The position numbers and the translations under genes were made by a program. From positions 90,630 to 154,629 of the forward strand of contig JAMLJB010000002.1 in NCBI GenBank assembly GCA_023953835.1: a stretch of DNA of 64,000 nt, given 5' to 3'. The notes beneath the pieces were generated by a model. The model was not told where the DNA came from. It did no database searches and was given only the letters and a program-made list of their open reading frames with translations. Each line of letters starts with the position of its first letter. Position 1 is the stretch's first letter. Positions 1 to 10,334 of this stretch are shown here, piece by piece. Source of the stretch: Rhizobiaceae bacterium (GTDB taxonomy: Bacteria > Pseudomonadota > Alphaproteobacteria > Rhizobiales > Rhizobiaceae).

Positions 1-1365
1 GTGGGATGCGACAAGACCACGCCCGCTTTGCTCATGGGAGCCGCATCTTGCAACCTTCCCGCCATAACCGTCTCAGGCGGCCCGATGCTCAATGGCAAGT
101 TCAGGGGACAGGACATCGGCTCGGGAACGCATGTCTGGAAGTTCTACGAGGACGTCAAGGCGGGACGGATGCCGGTGAAGGACTTCCTGGCAGCCGAACA
201 GGGCCAAAGCCGTTCCGCCGGAAGCTGTATGACGATGGGAACGGCCTCGACCATGGCCAGCATGGTGGAGGCGCTGGGAATAGGCATGCACGACAATGCC
301 GCTATACCTGCCGTCGATTCGCGACGGTTCGTCCTGGCGCAAATGGCCGGCCGCAGAATCGTCGAGCTCGTCGAGCAGGACGTACGCATGTCCGACATCC
401 TCACTCGCAATGCATTTGAAAACGCGATCCGGGTCAACGGGGCCATTGGAGGATCGACCAACGCGGTTCTTCATCTCATTGCAATCGCGCGCCGGATTGG
501 GGTCAATTTGGATCTCGACGACTGGGATTGGCTGGGTCGGGGCATTCCTACCATCGTTGATCTGATGCCTTCAGGCCGCTTCCTGATGGAGGATTTCTAT
601 TACGCGGGCGGGCTGCCGGCGGTGATGGCCGCTCTCTTCGCAGCTGGACTCTTGCATGGCGATGCCATGACGGTAAGCGGCCATGCAATAGGCGAGCTCG
701 TCAAGGATGCCCCCAATTACAATCCCGATGTAATCCGTTCATGGGACAGTCCCCTGACCAACGAGGGGGGCATTGCGGTCCTGCGCGGCAACTTGGCGCC
801 CAACGGCGCGGTGATCAAACCCTCAGCCGCATCACCTGAACTCATGCAACACCGCGGCAAGGCTGTCGTGTTCGAAAACATCGAGCACTACTATGCGCGC
901 ATCGACGATCCACTCCTCGACATAGACGCGTCGTCGGTCATGGTGCTGAAGAACTGCGGTCCACGCGGGTACCCCGGCATGGCTGAAGTGGGGAACATGC
1001 CGTTGCCGGCCAAACTGTTGAAGAAAGGCGTGTCCGACATGGTGCGCCTCTCCGACGCGCGCATGAGCGGCACGGCTTATGGCACGGTGGTGCTTCACAT
1101 TGCACCCGAAGCAGCGGCGGGCGGCCCTCTTGCTTTGGTGCATGATGGCGACATCATCGAGCTTGATGTTGCGAACCGCAAGTTGAACATGCTGGTATCG
1201 GAATCGGAACTCGTAGAAAGGAAGCGCAGTTGGAGCTCGCCGGAGCCGCCGATCGGTGGCTATGAGAGCCTCTATGTGGAGCGCGTGCTGCAGGCAGATG
1301 CGGGATGCGATTTTGATTTCCTCGTCGGTCGTCGCGATGCGACGATTCCACGACACTCTCACTGA
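1..1365 (+). CDS. IlvD/Edd-family sugar-acid dehydratase (arabinonate/xylonate dehydratase-like), 5'-truncated by window edge
   Basis: GCDKT, CMTMGTASTM, GGSTNA, GPRGYPGM and DARMSGT motifs; 10 bp upstream of a pentose-dehydrogenase-like SDR. Confidence 0.9.
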   Translation: MGCDKTTPALLMGAASCNLPAITVSGGPMLNGKFRGQDIGSGTHVWKFYEDVKAGRMPVKDFLAAEQGQSRSAGSCMTMGTASTMASMVEALGIGMHDNAAIPAVDSRRFVLAQMAGRRIVELVEQDVRMSDILTRNAFENAIRVNGAIGGSTNAVLHLIAIARRIGVNLDLDDWDWLGRGIPTIVDLMPSGRFLMEDFYYAGGLPAVMAALFAAGLLHGDAMTVSGHAIGELVKDAPNYNPDVIRSWDSPLTNEGGIAVLRGNLAPNGAVIKPSAASPELMQHRGKAVVFENIEHYYARIDDPLLDIDASSVMVLKNCGPRGYPGMAEVGNMPLPAKLLKKGVSDMVRLSDARMSGTAYGTVVLHIAPEAAAGGPLALVHDGDIIELDVANRKLNMLVSESELVERKRSWSSPEPPIGGYESLYVERVLQADAGCDFDFLVGRRDATIPRHSH

Positions 1366-1375
1366 AGAGCAGAAA

Positions 1376-2152
1376 ATGAGCGAAAACGACGGTTATGCAA
1401 TCTACCCCAGCCTCAAAAGACGAAGCGTTTTGGTCACTGGCGGCGGCAGCGGAATCGGAGAGAGCCTCGTACGACACTTTTGCGCGCAGGGCTGCCGGGT
1501 CGCTTTCGTGGATATTTCGGAAGACCCTTCGCGGCGTCTCGTTCAGTCAATAGAGGCAACCGATGACGAACCGCCGCTCTATATCCCGTGCGACTTGAGA
1601 GATATCGAGCAACTGCGGGCCGCGATAGAGCAGGCACGGCTGGCGCATGGCGCGATCAGCGTTCTGTGCAATAATGCCGGTAACGACGACCGGCACCAGA
1701 CCGAAGAGGTTACGCCCGCCTACTGGGACGACCGAATGGCCATAAACCTCCGCCACCAGTTCTTCGCCGCTCAGGCCGTGCGATCCCAGATGAAGGTGCT
1801 CGGCGGAGGGTCAATCATTAATTTCGGCTCGATTACTTGGATGGTAGGCGATCCGGATTGCCCGGCCTATGTGACAGCGAAAGCTGCCGTTTATGGCATG
1901 ACTCGCGCTCTTGCCCGGGAATTGGGGCCTGAGAGGATTCGTGTCAATTGCATGGTTCCTGGCTGGGTAATGACCGAACGCCAGATTCGCCTTTGGGTAA
2001 CTCCCACTGCAGAGAGCCAGATCACTGAGCGTCAATGCCTGCCCGATAAGCTGCAGCCATCCGATATTGCGCGCATGGCTCTTTTTCTTGCTGCCGACGA
2101 TAGCAGCATGTGCACGAGTCAGCAGTTTATCGTTGATGGCGGCTGGGTCTAA
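1376..2152 (+). CDS. SDR oxidoreductase, D-xylose dehydrogenase (Caulobacter XylB)-like
   Basis: N-terminus YAIYPSLKRRSVLVTGGGSGIG, NNAGND, YVTAK; ATG at 1376 chosen over the longer ORF-track start. Confidence 0.85.
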   Translation: MSENDGYAIYPSLKRRSVLVTGGGSGIGESLVRHFCAQGCRVAFVDISEDPSRRLVQSIEATDDEPPLYIPCDLRDIEQLRAAIEQARLAHGAISVLCNNAGNDDRHQTEEVTPAYWDDRMAINLRHQFFAAQAVRSQMKVLGGGSIINFGSITWMVGDPDCPAYVTAKAAVYGMTRALARELGPERIRVNCMVPGWVMTERQIRLWVTPTAESQITERQCLPDKLQPSDIARMALFLAADDSSMCTSQQFIVDGGWV

Positions 2153-2271
2153 GATTCGAACCTGTGATTGAGGAGGACAGACTTACCCTGAAAGATCAGG
2201 CTTGGCTGGCGAAGCAGGAAAAAACTATTCTGCTTTTTATGTGATAGACGCTCTCCACTTTTTCAGAAGTT

Positions 2272-2309
2272 TGGGTCAGAACAAGAGCCGTGCGAAGTCA
2301 TACGTTAAG
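2272..2309 (+). repeat. Degenerate 38-bp Tn3-family terminal inverted repeat (orphan)
   Basis: TGGGTCAGAACAAGAGCCGTGCGAAGTCATACGTTAAG: 38 bp, (G)GGGTC...ACGTTAAG pattern, downstream of a tnpA C-terminal fragment that reads toward it. Confidence 0.6.
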
Positions 2310-2380
2310 GTCGAACGAAGCTGGAACTCATGCGACCCGCCGCAGGCCAAAGGGAAGACGAAGTTTCCGAAAGCCTTCAT

Positions 2381-2530
2381 CGCGCTGACGACGAGGTTAA
2401 GGCCGGATGCGCGGAACGCCTGGCTTTCGAACGATCGGTCCCGGATTTCGCCACGCTCGTGGAAGAAAACAGCGCGTTTCAGCTTGTGAGCGGCCTCGCC
2501 CTTGTTGAGGCCAGCCTGGCGGCGTCTGCC
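2381..2530 (-). pseudogene. tnpA: Tn3-family transposase C-terminal fragment
   Basis: [46 protein letters not shown] aligns by eye with the C-terminus of the intact TnpA at 45789-48674 ([27 protein letters not shown]). Confidence 0.9.
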
Positions 2531-2869
2531 GTCGAGCGCAAAGCGCATGGTTACTGACCTTCGGGATTTATCCCGTTCAGTTGTACGACCGATCCAACTG
2601 CAATAGCTAATCCCTCCATGTCCTCGCCGATCTTGGCCCTCTCAAGCGTTACGATGATTTGAAATATTGGATCGCTTCTGTTCTCGATCAAAGGCATCTT
2701 GTCATCCAAGGCAGCAACAAGAATGCCATCCTGCCTGAATTTAAGTTCCAGATCCACAGTCACGGGACTATCGAGATCGTTCAATGTCCCAGAAGGTCAG
2801 CCCGGTCAAAGCAAATAGCGTGAGCGCTGCTGCAACAATTGGTCCCAAGACGCGTGACTGTATCCAGAA

Positions 2870-3373
2870 TTTCAATACGCTAGACCAGTCGCAGATCGCC
2901 GACGAACACACATTCCACTACACGAATGCCGCGTCACAAGTGCAGGGCTTCAAAGCCGGCAGATGGTTTGACGTCGAGGACTACGTACTTGACCGTGCGC
3001 AGACCAAGGAGCGGCGGATGAGCGTGTTCGCCGGGCCGATTTGCCGCGACGACGATCCTGAATACGGCCACCATCGCGATGGCGAACCCTGGCGCATTCC
3101 GGTCTCGTTTTGGAAGGTGGTAGTGGTGGAGAAGCAGCCGGGCAAATTTGGCGCCACGGCCTTCACCTCGGGCAGATCAAGCTGATCGAAGCCAGCCTGC
3201 GGCAAAACACGCTGACGGACCTGCAAACCAACCATCTGCAAACGACAATCGCTACGGTGGAACAGGAAACCGGCCTCAATTTCTCCACTCTGCGTGAATT
3301 CGACTCCGCCGCGGCCCTGGAGTCGTCACATCGGACACGCATTTTGCGGTCGCCTGACGATATCGTTTTCTAG
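2870..3373 (+). pseudogene. DNA/RNA non-specific endonuclease (NucA-like), N-truncated and frameshifted near 3165
   Basis: HTFHYTNAASQ...WFDVEDYVL...VFAGP...IPVSFWKVVV; continues in a second frame (LGQIKLIE...QTTIATVEQETGLNF); no DRGH active-site segment. Confidence 0.75.
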
Positions 3374-3386
3374 ATCATGTCTGCCC

Positions 3387-3587
3387 GACAGCTACTTCAT
3401 TGAGAACGGACATTGTCCGATTGTCGATTTCTATACCACCGTCACCATGCGAACGCTGGGTTTTCCCACCCAAATGTTCACAGCCATACTGGCCGTCGCG
3501 CACACAATCGGCTGGATCGCGCAATGGAAGGAGACGATTGAGAACCCGCACCAAGAAATCGGTCGCCCCAGGCAGCTTTGCACGGGA
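3387..3587 (+). pseudogene. gltA: Citrate synthase C-terminal fragment
   Basis: DSYFIENGHCPIVDFYTTVTMRTLGFPTQMFTAILAVAHTIGWIAQWKETIENPHQEIGRPRQLCTG resembles the alphaproteobacterial GltA C-terminus. Confidence 0.85.
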
Positions 3588-3659
3588 GCTGTGGCGATTG
3601 ATCTTCATGACCATCATCGCTTGTCAAGTCAGGTAGTCGGCCAAGCCCGCTGGCTGCAC

Positions 3660-4466
3660 TCAGTGCACGTCGATTTCGTTTTCGATCAATTCCATCAGCC
3701 GGCGCCTGAACTGATTGAAACTCGGCTCGGATATGTCGCGCGGACGATCGAGCGGGACGACGATGTCGGCTTTTATCTGGCCGGGGCGTCTGGTCATGAC
3801 GATCACCCTGTCACCAAGCAACAGCGCCTCTTCGATATTGTGCGTGATGAAAACGACGGTCGGCTTTTCCTCAAGCCATACCCGAACCAGTTCCTGCTGT
3901 AAAAGATAGCGCGTTTGCGCATCCAGCGCTGCGAATGGCTCATCCATCAAGAGAACGCGCGGCTTGTTGGCCAGCACTCTGGCAATCGCCACACGCTGCC
4001 GCATGCCTCCGGAAAGCTGCCCGGGGAGATATTTCTCGAAGCCTGAAAGCCCGATCAGGTTGATATAGTGCTTCGTTCGCTCGGCTATGGTCTTCTTGTC
4101 GACATGTCTCAGGCTGAGGCCAAAACCGATATTCTGCTCTACGGTCTGCCATGGATATATGGCGTAATCCTGAAAAACCACCCCGCGATCGGGGCCCGGC
4201 TTTGTAACTGTCTTGCCGCCGAGCTTCAGCGAGCCCTCGTCCGGGTGGGTGAACCCTGCCATCATGTTCAACAGGGTTGTCTTTCCGCATCCCGACGGGC
4301 CAAGGATGCACATGAAGGTGCCATCCTGGATGTCCAGGCTCAAGCGGTCGAGGACTGGAATCTGTTGCCCGGCCGGATTGGTAAAATTCTTGCTGACTTT
4401 CTCTGCAGAAAGGCTGCCTGGCAACATCGTGTCGAATTCTTTTGAAAGCATTTTGTGTACAGTCAT
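3660..4466 (-). CDS. ABC transporter ATP-binding protein, TauB/SsuB (nitrate/sulfonate) family
   Basis: GPSGCGKT, LSGGMRQR, LLMDEPF, ITH; ATG at 4466 overlaps the permease stop (ATGA). Confidence 0.9.
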   Translation of the reverse strand: MTVHKMLSKEFDTMLPGSLSAEKVSKNFTNPAGQQIPVLDRLSLDIQDGTFMCILGPSGCGKTTLLNMMAGFTHPDEGSLKLGGKTVTKPGPDRGVVFQDYAIYPWQTVEQNIGFGLSLRHVDKKTIAERTKHYINLIGLSGFEKYLPGQLSGGMRQRVAIARVLANKPRVLLMDEPFAALDAQTRYLLQQELVRVWLEEKPTVVFITHNIEEALLLGDRVIVMTRRPGQIKADIVVPLDRPRDISEPSFNQFRRRLMELIENEIDVH

Positions 4467-5001
4467 CTCAGGCTCCAGCCGACGAGCTTCCGGGTAAGCC
4501 AGCGCATCACCAGGTCCGACGCCAACCCGAGCATACCCATGGTCAGCATAGCCGCGCCCAACTGGTCCATCCGAAACAGGAAGTAGGAGTTCCACAGGAC
4601 ATATCCCACGCCCGATTTCACGGCGAGCATCTCCGCGACAATCACAGAAGACCACGCAATGCCGAGGCTTATGCGCATGCCCGTCAAAACGCCCGGCATC
4701 GCCGCTCTCAAGACCACACGACGCAATATTTGATCTCTTCTGGCCCCCAGCATCTGCGCCGCCCGAATATAATTGAGCGGAATGTTGCGCACGGCGGCAG
4801 TGCTGTTCAGCAAAATCAGGAAGAACGAAGCAAGGAAAACCAGGAAAATCCATACTTAACGAATATATTTTTTGCCACTTCCTGTATGGCGGCGGCACCT
4901 CTTTCCTTCTTTGAATCGGATTCGTTGTTGAGTGCGTTAGAATCGGCCTTTTTCTTGCGCGCGGTTCGCCGGACCTGACCTTTCAACTGGCTGGACTGCA
5001 T
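4463..5001 (-). pseudogene. TauC/SsuC-family ABC permease, internally deleted and frameshifted
   Basis: C-terminal half (AAQMLGA EAA loop, VIVAEML) has an in-frame TAA just upstream; an N-terminal stub of ~50 aa lies in another frame. Confidence 0.7.
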
Positions 5002-5249
5002 AGCTTTTCCATAAGAATCGTTTCTAGAAACCTGACTGGCAACTCATGGCCTGGGGATAATCCGGCCCACAATGATCGCAGATTATCGGATCACGGTCCT
5101 CCTCAGCAGATCGGGAACCACCATCTGGCAACAGAGGAATGCCAAACACTCCTGACTGTTCTCTCTCCCGACCACACTGTCGAATCGCCGGTTAGCTGCT
5201 TGCTGGCAGGCAGATAGCTATGGCGAAGCTGCAAAGTTAAGCACATGTC

Positions 5250-5690
5250 GGATTCAAGGCTACACTCCGCAACGATGCAAGCCAAACGCTGAACAGCGTG
5301 ACTGCCAGGCCGAGTGAGATCGCGACCGAAACCGGTTCCCGTCCATGGCGTTGCGGTCAGCCGGTGACCAAGCATCGGCTTTGACAAGCAGCGATGGCGA
5401 GCGGGAAAAGATCGGAAATCGGCGCGACAAGTCCCGTGGGCACCCGACGGCCGATGGCAAGCGCAAACCCTCCCAGATAGATCAACATCATCGCCGCGCC
5501 AAGTATCGTCTGTTCAATCAGGGCGCGAATACGGATGCGCGGCCCAACCAAAAGGGCAAGTGGCAGCAGAAGCAGTCCCGACATCAGCGTCCGCCTGAAC
5601 AGGACCGAAATAATGCTTGCGCTCTCGCTCGCGTAACGGATGCCGATAAGGCCGGAATTCCAGCCTCACCATCAGTGCGCTTGCCAGGGA
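5250..5690 (-). pseudogene. EamA/DMT transporter remnant
   Basis: WNSGLIGIRYA...YLGGFALAIGRRVPTGLVAPISDLFPLAIAA...RLT then jumps to a C-terminal-like helix ISLGLAVTLFSVWLAS; several frameshifts. Confidence 0.6.
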
Positions 5691-5768
5691 CAGGCCCCAG
5701 CAGCCGATGGGATTTGCATTGCAGGATCTGGAGCGTCATCGTCGCTTTCTATGACGACGCAGGGTTCC

Positions 5769-6114
5769 TCACCGTGGGAAACCCGACATGATGTCACCCG
5801 CCAGCAGCTTGTCCCTCGATAACAGGCCGGCATCTTCCAGCGCCTCGAAATCCGGCAGGTCGCGCAGCGTGTCGAGGCCGAACTCCAGCAGGAAGGCCTT
5901 CGTCGTGACATAGGTGTAGGGCGCGCCGGGAGTCGGGCTGCGCGGGCCCGACGCGATCATGCTTGAACCGCGCGGGTGATCGGCTGGAAACAGGCAACGC
6001 ACATCAGCTCCAGCACCTCAGACTGGGTGAGGCCCACGGACCCCCCTGCTCCCACCGCAGCGCGGATCGCATCGGCATAGGCAGGCCGCGTCAGATGTTT
6101 CCATCCGCCCGCGA
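5769..6114 (-). pseudogene. scpB: SMC-Scp subunit ScpB-like remnant, cut at a Tn3 IR and internally deleted
   Basis: LAGGWKHLTRPAYADAIR, LTQSEVLELMCVACFQPITR and SGPRSPTPGAPYTYVTTKAFLLEFGLDTLRDLPD; homology stops exactly at 6114. Confidence 0.8.
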
Positions 6115-6152
6115 GGGGTCGGTTCCGGCTGGGGGCGAAATGACACTCTAAG
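6115..6152 (+). repeat. 38-bp Tn3-family terminal inverted repeat (orphan, second type)
   Basis: GGGGTCGGTTCCGGCTGGGGGCGAAATGACACTCTAAG: GGGGTC start, CTAAG end, 38 bp; its outer edge truncates scpB. Confidence 0.8.
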
Positions 6153-6159
6153 GGCTGGA

Positions 6160-6261
6160 CAGGACTACCGCGACTTGGACGACATAATCCGGATGTGCCG
6201 GAGCCGCATCCGCGCGCCGGAACAGTGGTTCGGCGATTATCTCGCCGCGCTCGGCGTCGCC
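6160..6261 (+). pseudogene. Hydantoinase B/oxoprolinase internal fragment
   Basis: QDYRDLDDIIRMCRSRIRAPEQWFGDYLAALG resembles the conserved HyuB segment (IIRMC..RIR.PEQW.GDYLA.LG). Confidence 0.65.
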
Positions 6262-6345
6262 GCGAAGATACTTGCCATTAAGATGCTCGGACTTTCATCG
6301 AAGGAAGAGCCGGGTTCCTGAGATATCCAGGTCAGCCTGAAGGCG

Positions 6346-7347
6346 CTACAGGGCTGTGTGCAAATGGCAGCGCGTTTCCCCGCCACCCGCAACCGATGTG
6401 GGCGTCGGGTCGATCTCAGCGCAGATATCCATGACGCGCGAGCACCGCGAGCTGAACGGACATCCTTTCGGACGGTTGGACGGGTCAGGCAACTCGCCCT
6501 TGAGTCGAATGCGTCGTCGCTCCCGCTGGATGCGAGGGTTGGGAACCGGAATTGCGGAAATCAGGGCCTCAGTGTAGGGATGCGCCGGCTCTGCGTAGAC
6601 GCGCTCCGGCGGACCTTCCTCGACAACCCGGCCGAGATACATGACGGCAACCCAGTCCGCCAGATTGCGCACCACCGACAGGTCGTGACTTATGAAAACC
6701 AGTGCGGTTCCCATCTCGCCGCGCAGCTTGTCGAGCAGGAGAATGATGCCGTTCTGTGCCGAGACGTCGAGCGCGCTGATTGCTTCATCGCATACCAGGA
6801 CGTCCGGACGGACGGCGATGGCGCGCGCAATTGAAATCCGCTGCCGCTGCCCGCCGGAGAGTTCATAGGGATACCGATCCGCCAGTGCGGGGGCGAGCCC
6901 GACGGCAATCAGCAGATCGCGGACACGCGCATCGCGTGCCCGGCGATTAAGCCCTTCATGCACGATGAGCGGTTCGGCGATGCTTTCGCCGACAACCATG
7001 CTTGGATCGAGCGACGAATAGGGATCCTGGAACACCATCTGGACGTGCCGACGGTAACGACGAAATTCTCTCTGGGACATGTTGGTGATATCGACGCCCG
7101 ACAGTTCGATGGACCCCGCGGATGGCTCGACAAGCCGCATGAGCGCACGTCCGGTTGTCGTCTTGCCGGAGCCGGACTCCCCGACGATTCCCAGAACCTT
7201 GCCGGCCTCCAGCTTCAACGAGACGCCGCTGACGGCCTTCAGCGTCCGGCGCGGCTTGAAAAGGCCGGAGCGGAGTCCGAATTCGACGCTGAGGTCAGAT
7301 ACTTTCAGCACTTCCTTTGGGACGATGTTGCCGTTGATTTCCGTCAT
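6346..7347 (-). CDS. Oligo/dipeptide-type ABC ATPase (DppF/OppF)
   Basis: [17 protein letters not shown]-terminal GCPFSSRC...C...CH. Confidence 0.93.
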   Translation of the reverse strand: MTEINGNIVPKEVLKVSDLSVEFGLRSGLFKPRRTLKAVSGVSLKLEAGKVLGIVGESGSGKTTTGRALMRLVEPSAGSIELSGVDITNMSQREFRRYRRHVQMVFQDPYSSLDPSMVVGESIAEPLIVHEGLNRRARDARVRDLLIAVGLAPALADRYPYELSGGQRQRISIARAIAVRPDVLVCDEAISALDVSAQNGIILLLDKLRGEMGTALVFISHDLSVVRNLADWVAVMYLGRVVEEGPPERVYAEPAHPYTEALISAIPVPNPRIQRERRRIRLKGELPDPSNRPKGCPFSSRCSRVMDICAEIDPTPTSVAGGGETRCHLHTAL

Positions 7348-8411
7348 CTGGCCGGCCCGACAAGATTCAATTCCTCATAGCGCAGGCAGCGCGTCATCGC
7401 GCCACCCGGCAGCGCCCGGAGAGCAGGCTTTACGGTGCGGCAGGCATCCTGCACGTAAGGGCAGCGCGGATGGAAGCGACAGCCCGGCGGGATGCTGGCT
7501 GGCGTCACCGCCTCTCCGCCGATCGAAGCCAGGGCGCGGAGTCCGAAGCCGATCTGCGGCAATGAGACCATGAGGCCTTCGGCGTAGGGATGGGTCGGCG
7601 CGGAAAAAAGCCCTTCCGCGCGGTCGACCGATACAATCTGGCCACCATACATCACGACCACCTGGTCGCAGACGTCCGCGACAACGCCGAGATCATGCGT
7701 CACGAAGATTAGCCCGATCTGCAGCTCGCGCACCATCTCGCGAAGGAGATCTAGGATTTCCGCTTGAATGGTAACGTCGAGCGCCGTGGTTGGCTCGTCG
7801 GCGATAAGCACCCGCGGCTTGCAGATGATGGCCATGGCAATGAGCACGCGCTGGCACATTCCGCCGGAAAATTCGTGCGGATAGTCGTCCTTTCGACGCG
7901 CCGCATTGGGTATCCCCACACGGTCCAGCGCCTCGACGGCCAGCTTCATGGCGTCGCTGCGCGAGGCCCCGAGATGACGCCTGGCAAGTTCGGCGATCTG
8001 GTCGCCCACCGTGAAGCCGGGGTTCAAGGAGGCCATCGGCTCCTGGAAGATCATGGTCATCGATTTGCCGCGGATGTCCTCCCGGTCATGTTCGGGCATC
8101 CCGATCAACTCCCGGCCGTCCAGGCGCACGCTGCCCGACGGAATGCGGCTCGCGCGCGGCGGCAGCAATCCCATGATGCCGAGCGCCGTCACCGTCTTGC
8201 CTGATCCCGACTCGCCGACAATACCGAGCGAACTCCCTGACGGGATCGAGAAGGAAACGTCCTCGACAATGCGCGTCCAGCCCCTGCTGGTCGCAAGTTC
8301 GATGGTCAGATTGTTGACTTCCAGGGCAAGCTTGGCCACGTCCGGCCCTGCCCGCGCCTTGCTCGGGCCCGGATATGCCGCATGCCTTACAGTTTGAAGC
8401 ACCGACATCAA
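7344..8411 (-). CDS. Oligo/dipeptide-type ABC ATPase (DppD/OppD)
   Basis: [32 protein letters not shown]. Confidence 0.93.
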   Translation of the reverse strand: MMSVLQTVRHAAYPGPSKARAGPDVAKLALEVNNLTIELATSRGWTRIVEDVSFSIPSGSSLGIVGESGSGKTVTALGIMGLLPPRASRIPSGSVRLDGRELIGMPEHDREDIRGKSMTMIFQEPMASLNPGFTVGDQIAELARRHLGASRSDAMKLAVEALDRVGIPNAARRKDDYPHEFSGGMCQRVLIAMAIICKPRVLIADEPTTALDVTIQAEILDLLREMVRELQIGLIFVTHDLGVVADVCDQVVVMYGGQIVSVDRAEGLFSAPTHPYAEGLMVSLPQIGFGLRALASIGGEAVTPASIPPGCRFHPRCPYVQDACRTVKPALRALPGGAMTRCLRYEELNLVGPAR

Positions 8412-9376
8412 CGCCCCGTCTGTGTCTCACGGCCGAGCGAATCGCGCAGCCCGTCGCCGAGGACGTTCAAGGCAAGAACGGTAAGACCGATGCACAGTCC
8501 TGGCCAGAGGATGAAGGTGGGCGCAGCAGAAAGATAGCGCGATGCTTCGCTCAGCATGGAACCCCAGCTCGATTGCGGCGGAAGGACGCCGAGCCCGAGA
8601 TAGCTCAGGGCTGCCTCCGCAAGCATGGCCTGCGCCATGAACACGGAAAGCTGGACCAGAAGCGGTGGCAGCACGTTCGGCAGCACATGCTTCACCGCGA
8701 TCATGCTGGTGGACGTGCCGATGCTTCGCGAGACATCGATATAAGTCTCCTCCCTAACTGAAAGAACAGTACCGCGTACGAGCCTGAACAGCCTTGGTGC
8801 CTGCGTAATGCCGACCGCGATCATCGAATTCACCAGGCCCGGACCGCGAGCCGTGACGATGGCGATCGCCAGCAGCAGGGCCGGAAAACACATCAACGTG
8901 TCCGTCGCCAACAACAGCACCCGGTCGATCCATCCCCGAAGCAGCCCTGCCGCCAATCCCAGCGGTGTTCCGATCAGGACTGCCACGGATACGGCGATGC
9001 CGCCCGCCGCGAGCGAAACGTGCGTGCCGGAAATCAGGCGGCTGAGCACATCGCGGCCATATACGTCCGATCCGAGCGGGTAGCCGTCCACGCCAGGCGC
9101 ACGCAGGGCCATTGAAAGCTTCTGCGTGTTGGGGTCGACCGGATAAAGCGTGCCTCCCAGGATCGTGACCAGAATGAGAAAGAGTATGAAGCCCGCCGCG
9201 AGCATCGCCAGCCTCTGGTTGCGGAAGCGGCGTATGAAGCGCTTCAGCGGGGTCGTGCTGGGCGTGTGCGGAACGTCGTCCGCCGTCCGGCGCGCGGCTC
9301 GGTCGGCCGACCAGCGCCGGGCGGTTTCTTCAAGCGAGTGCGAAATCGCACCTTGTCCAACAAGGGTTTCGCTCAT
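8408..9376 (-). CDS. Dpp/Opp ABC permease (DppC)
   Basis: YPLGSDVYGRDVLSRL, HVLPN, EAALSYLGLG. Confidence 0.93.
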   Translation of the reverse strand: MSETLVGQGAISHSLEETARRWSADRAARRTADDVPHTPSTTPLKRFIRRFRNQRLAMLAAGFILFLILVTILGGTLYPVDPNTQKLSMALRAPGVDGYPLGSDVYGRDVLSRLISGTHVSLAAGGIAVSVAVLIGTPLGLAAGLLRGWIDRVLLLATDTLMCFPALLLAIAIVTARGPGLVNSMIAVGITQAPRLFRLVRGTVLSVREETYIDVSRSIGTSTSMIAVKHVLPNVLPPLLVQLSVFMAQAMLAEAALSYLGLGVLPPQSSWGSMLSEASRYLSAAPTFILWPGLCIGLTVLALNVLGDGLRDSLGRETQTGR

Positions 9377-10317
9377 CAGATCCGAACCTTTGGGTTGAAA
9401 TAGCGATAGGACAGGTCCACCGCGAGATTCACGAACAGCACCATGATCGCAGTGACCAGTGCGACGCCCTGCACCATCGGGAGGTCCCGCTTGAGCACGG
9501 AATCGACGGCGAGGCTGCCCAGGCCGGGCAGCGCAAAGGCGCGTTCGAGCACCACAACGCCGCCGAGCAGGGCGGTGATGCGTATCCCGAGCATCGTCAC
9601 GAAAGCCGTCGCTGCATTTTTCAGCGCATGCTTGCCGATGATGACGGGCACGCGCAGCCCCTTGGCGCGCGCCGTGCGTATGTAATTCTCGTCAAGCACG
9701 CTCGCCATCGACCCACGCAGTTGCCGTGTGAGTTCGCCGGATTTGGATATTGCCAGCGCCAGGGCCGGCAGAAAGAGGTGCCAGATCCAGAGCAGCGGGC
9801 TTTGCTCGAAGCGGACATATTGCGCGACTGGAAACCAGCGCAGCGTCAGCGCAAAGAATGCCACCAGCAACAGGCCTATCCAGAAATCCGGCATCGCCAT
9901 ACCGATACTCGAGACGGCGGTAATCGACCGGTCGATCCAGGTTCCCCGATGGATCGAGGCGAGAATGCCGGCGGGTATGGCTATCAGCAGGGCAAGGATT
10001 ACCGTCACCAGGGCAAGCGACATCGTCACCGGCAGCCTTTGCATGATCTCGGTGGTCACAGGGATGCCGCTGAACAGCGAGGTGCCGAAATCACCCTGGA
10101 GGACGTTGCCGGCCCACCTCAGATATTGGACGTAGACCGGCTGGTCGAGTCCGAGCTTGACTCGCGTCGCCTCGACCTGCTCCGCCGTGGCGGTTTCCCC
10201 GGCGATCGTTATCGCCGGGTCACCCGGAACGAGCAGGACAAGACTGTATACCACGATGCTGACGAGAACGATCGTCAGCATCATGCGTGGTATCCATCGA
10301 ATCAGTTCCGCAATCAT
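9376..10317 (-). CDS. Dpp/Opp ABC permease (DppB)
   Basis: PGDPA, LGLDQP..VQY, YIRTARAKGL, FALPGLG. Confidence 0.93.
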   Translation of the reverse strand: MIAELIRWIPRMMLTIVLVSIVVYSLVLLVPGDPAITIAGETATAEQVEATRVKLGLDQPVYVQYLRWAGNVLQGDFGTSLFSGIPVTTEIMQRLPVTMSLALVTVILALLIAIPAGILASIHRGTWIDRSITAVSSIGMAMPDFWIGLLLVAFFALTLRWFPVAQYVRFEQSPLLWIWHLFLPALALAISKSGELTRQLRGSMASVLDENYIRTARAKGLRVPVIIGKHALKNAATAFVTMLGIRITALLGGVVVLERAFALPGLGSLAVDSVLKRDLPMVQGVALVTAIMVLFVNLAVDLSYRYFNPKVRI

Positions 10318-10334
10318 CTGAACTCTGCTTGCTG

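Noticed and set aside
2551-2784. 77-aa minus-strand ORF
   Set aside because: No recognisable motif or RBS, and it lies among remnants; coding status cannot be supported
3294-3902. 202-aa plus-strand ORF
   Set aside because: Chimera of a gltA fragment and the antisense of the ABC ATPase
3660-4898. 412-aa extended ABC ATPase
   Set aside because: The extension is an alternative frame of the permease remnant; the real start is 4466
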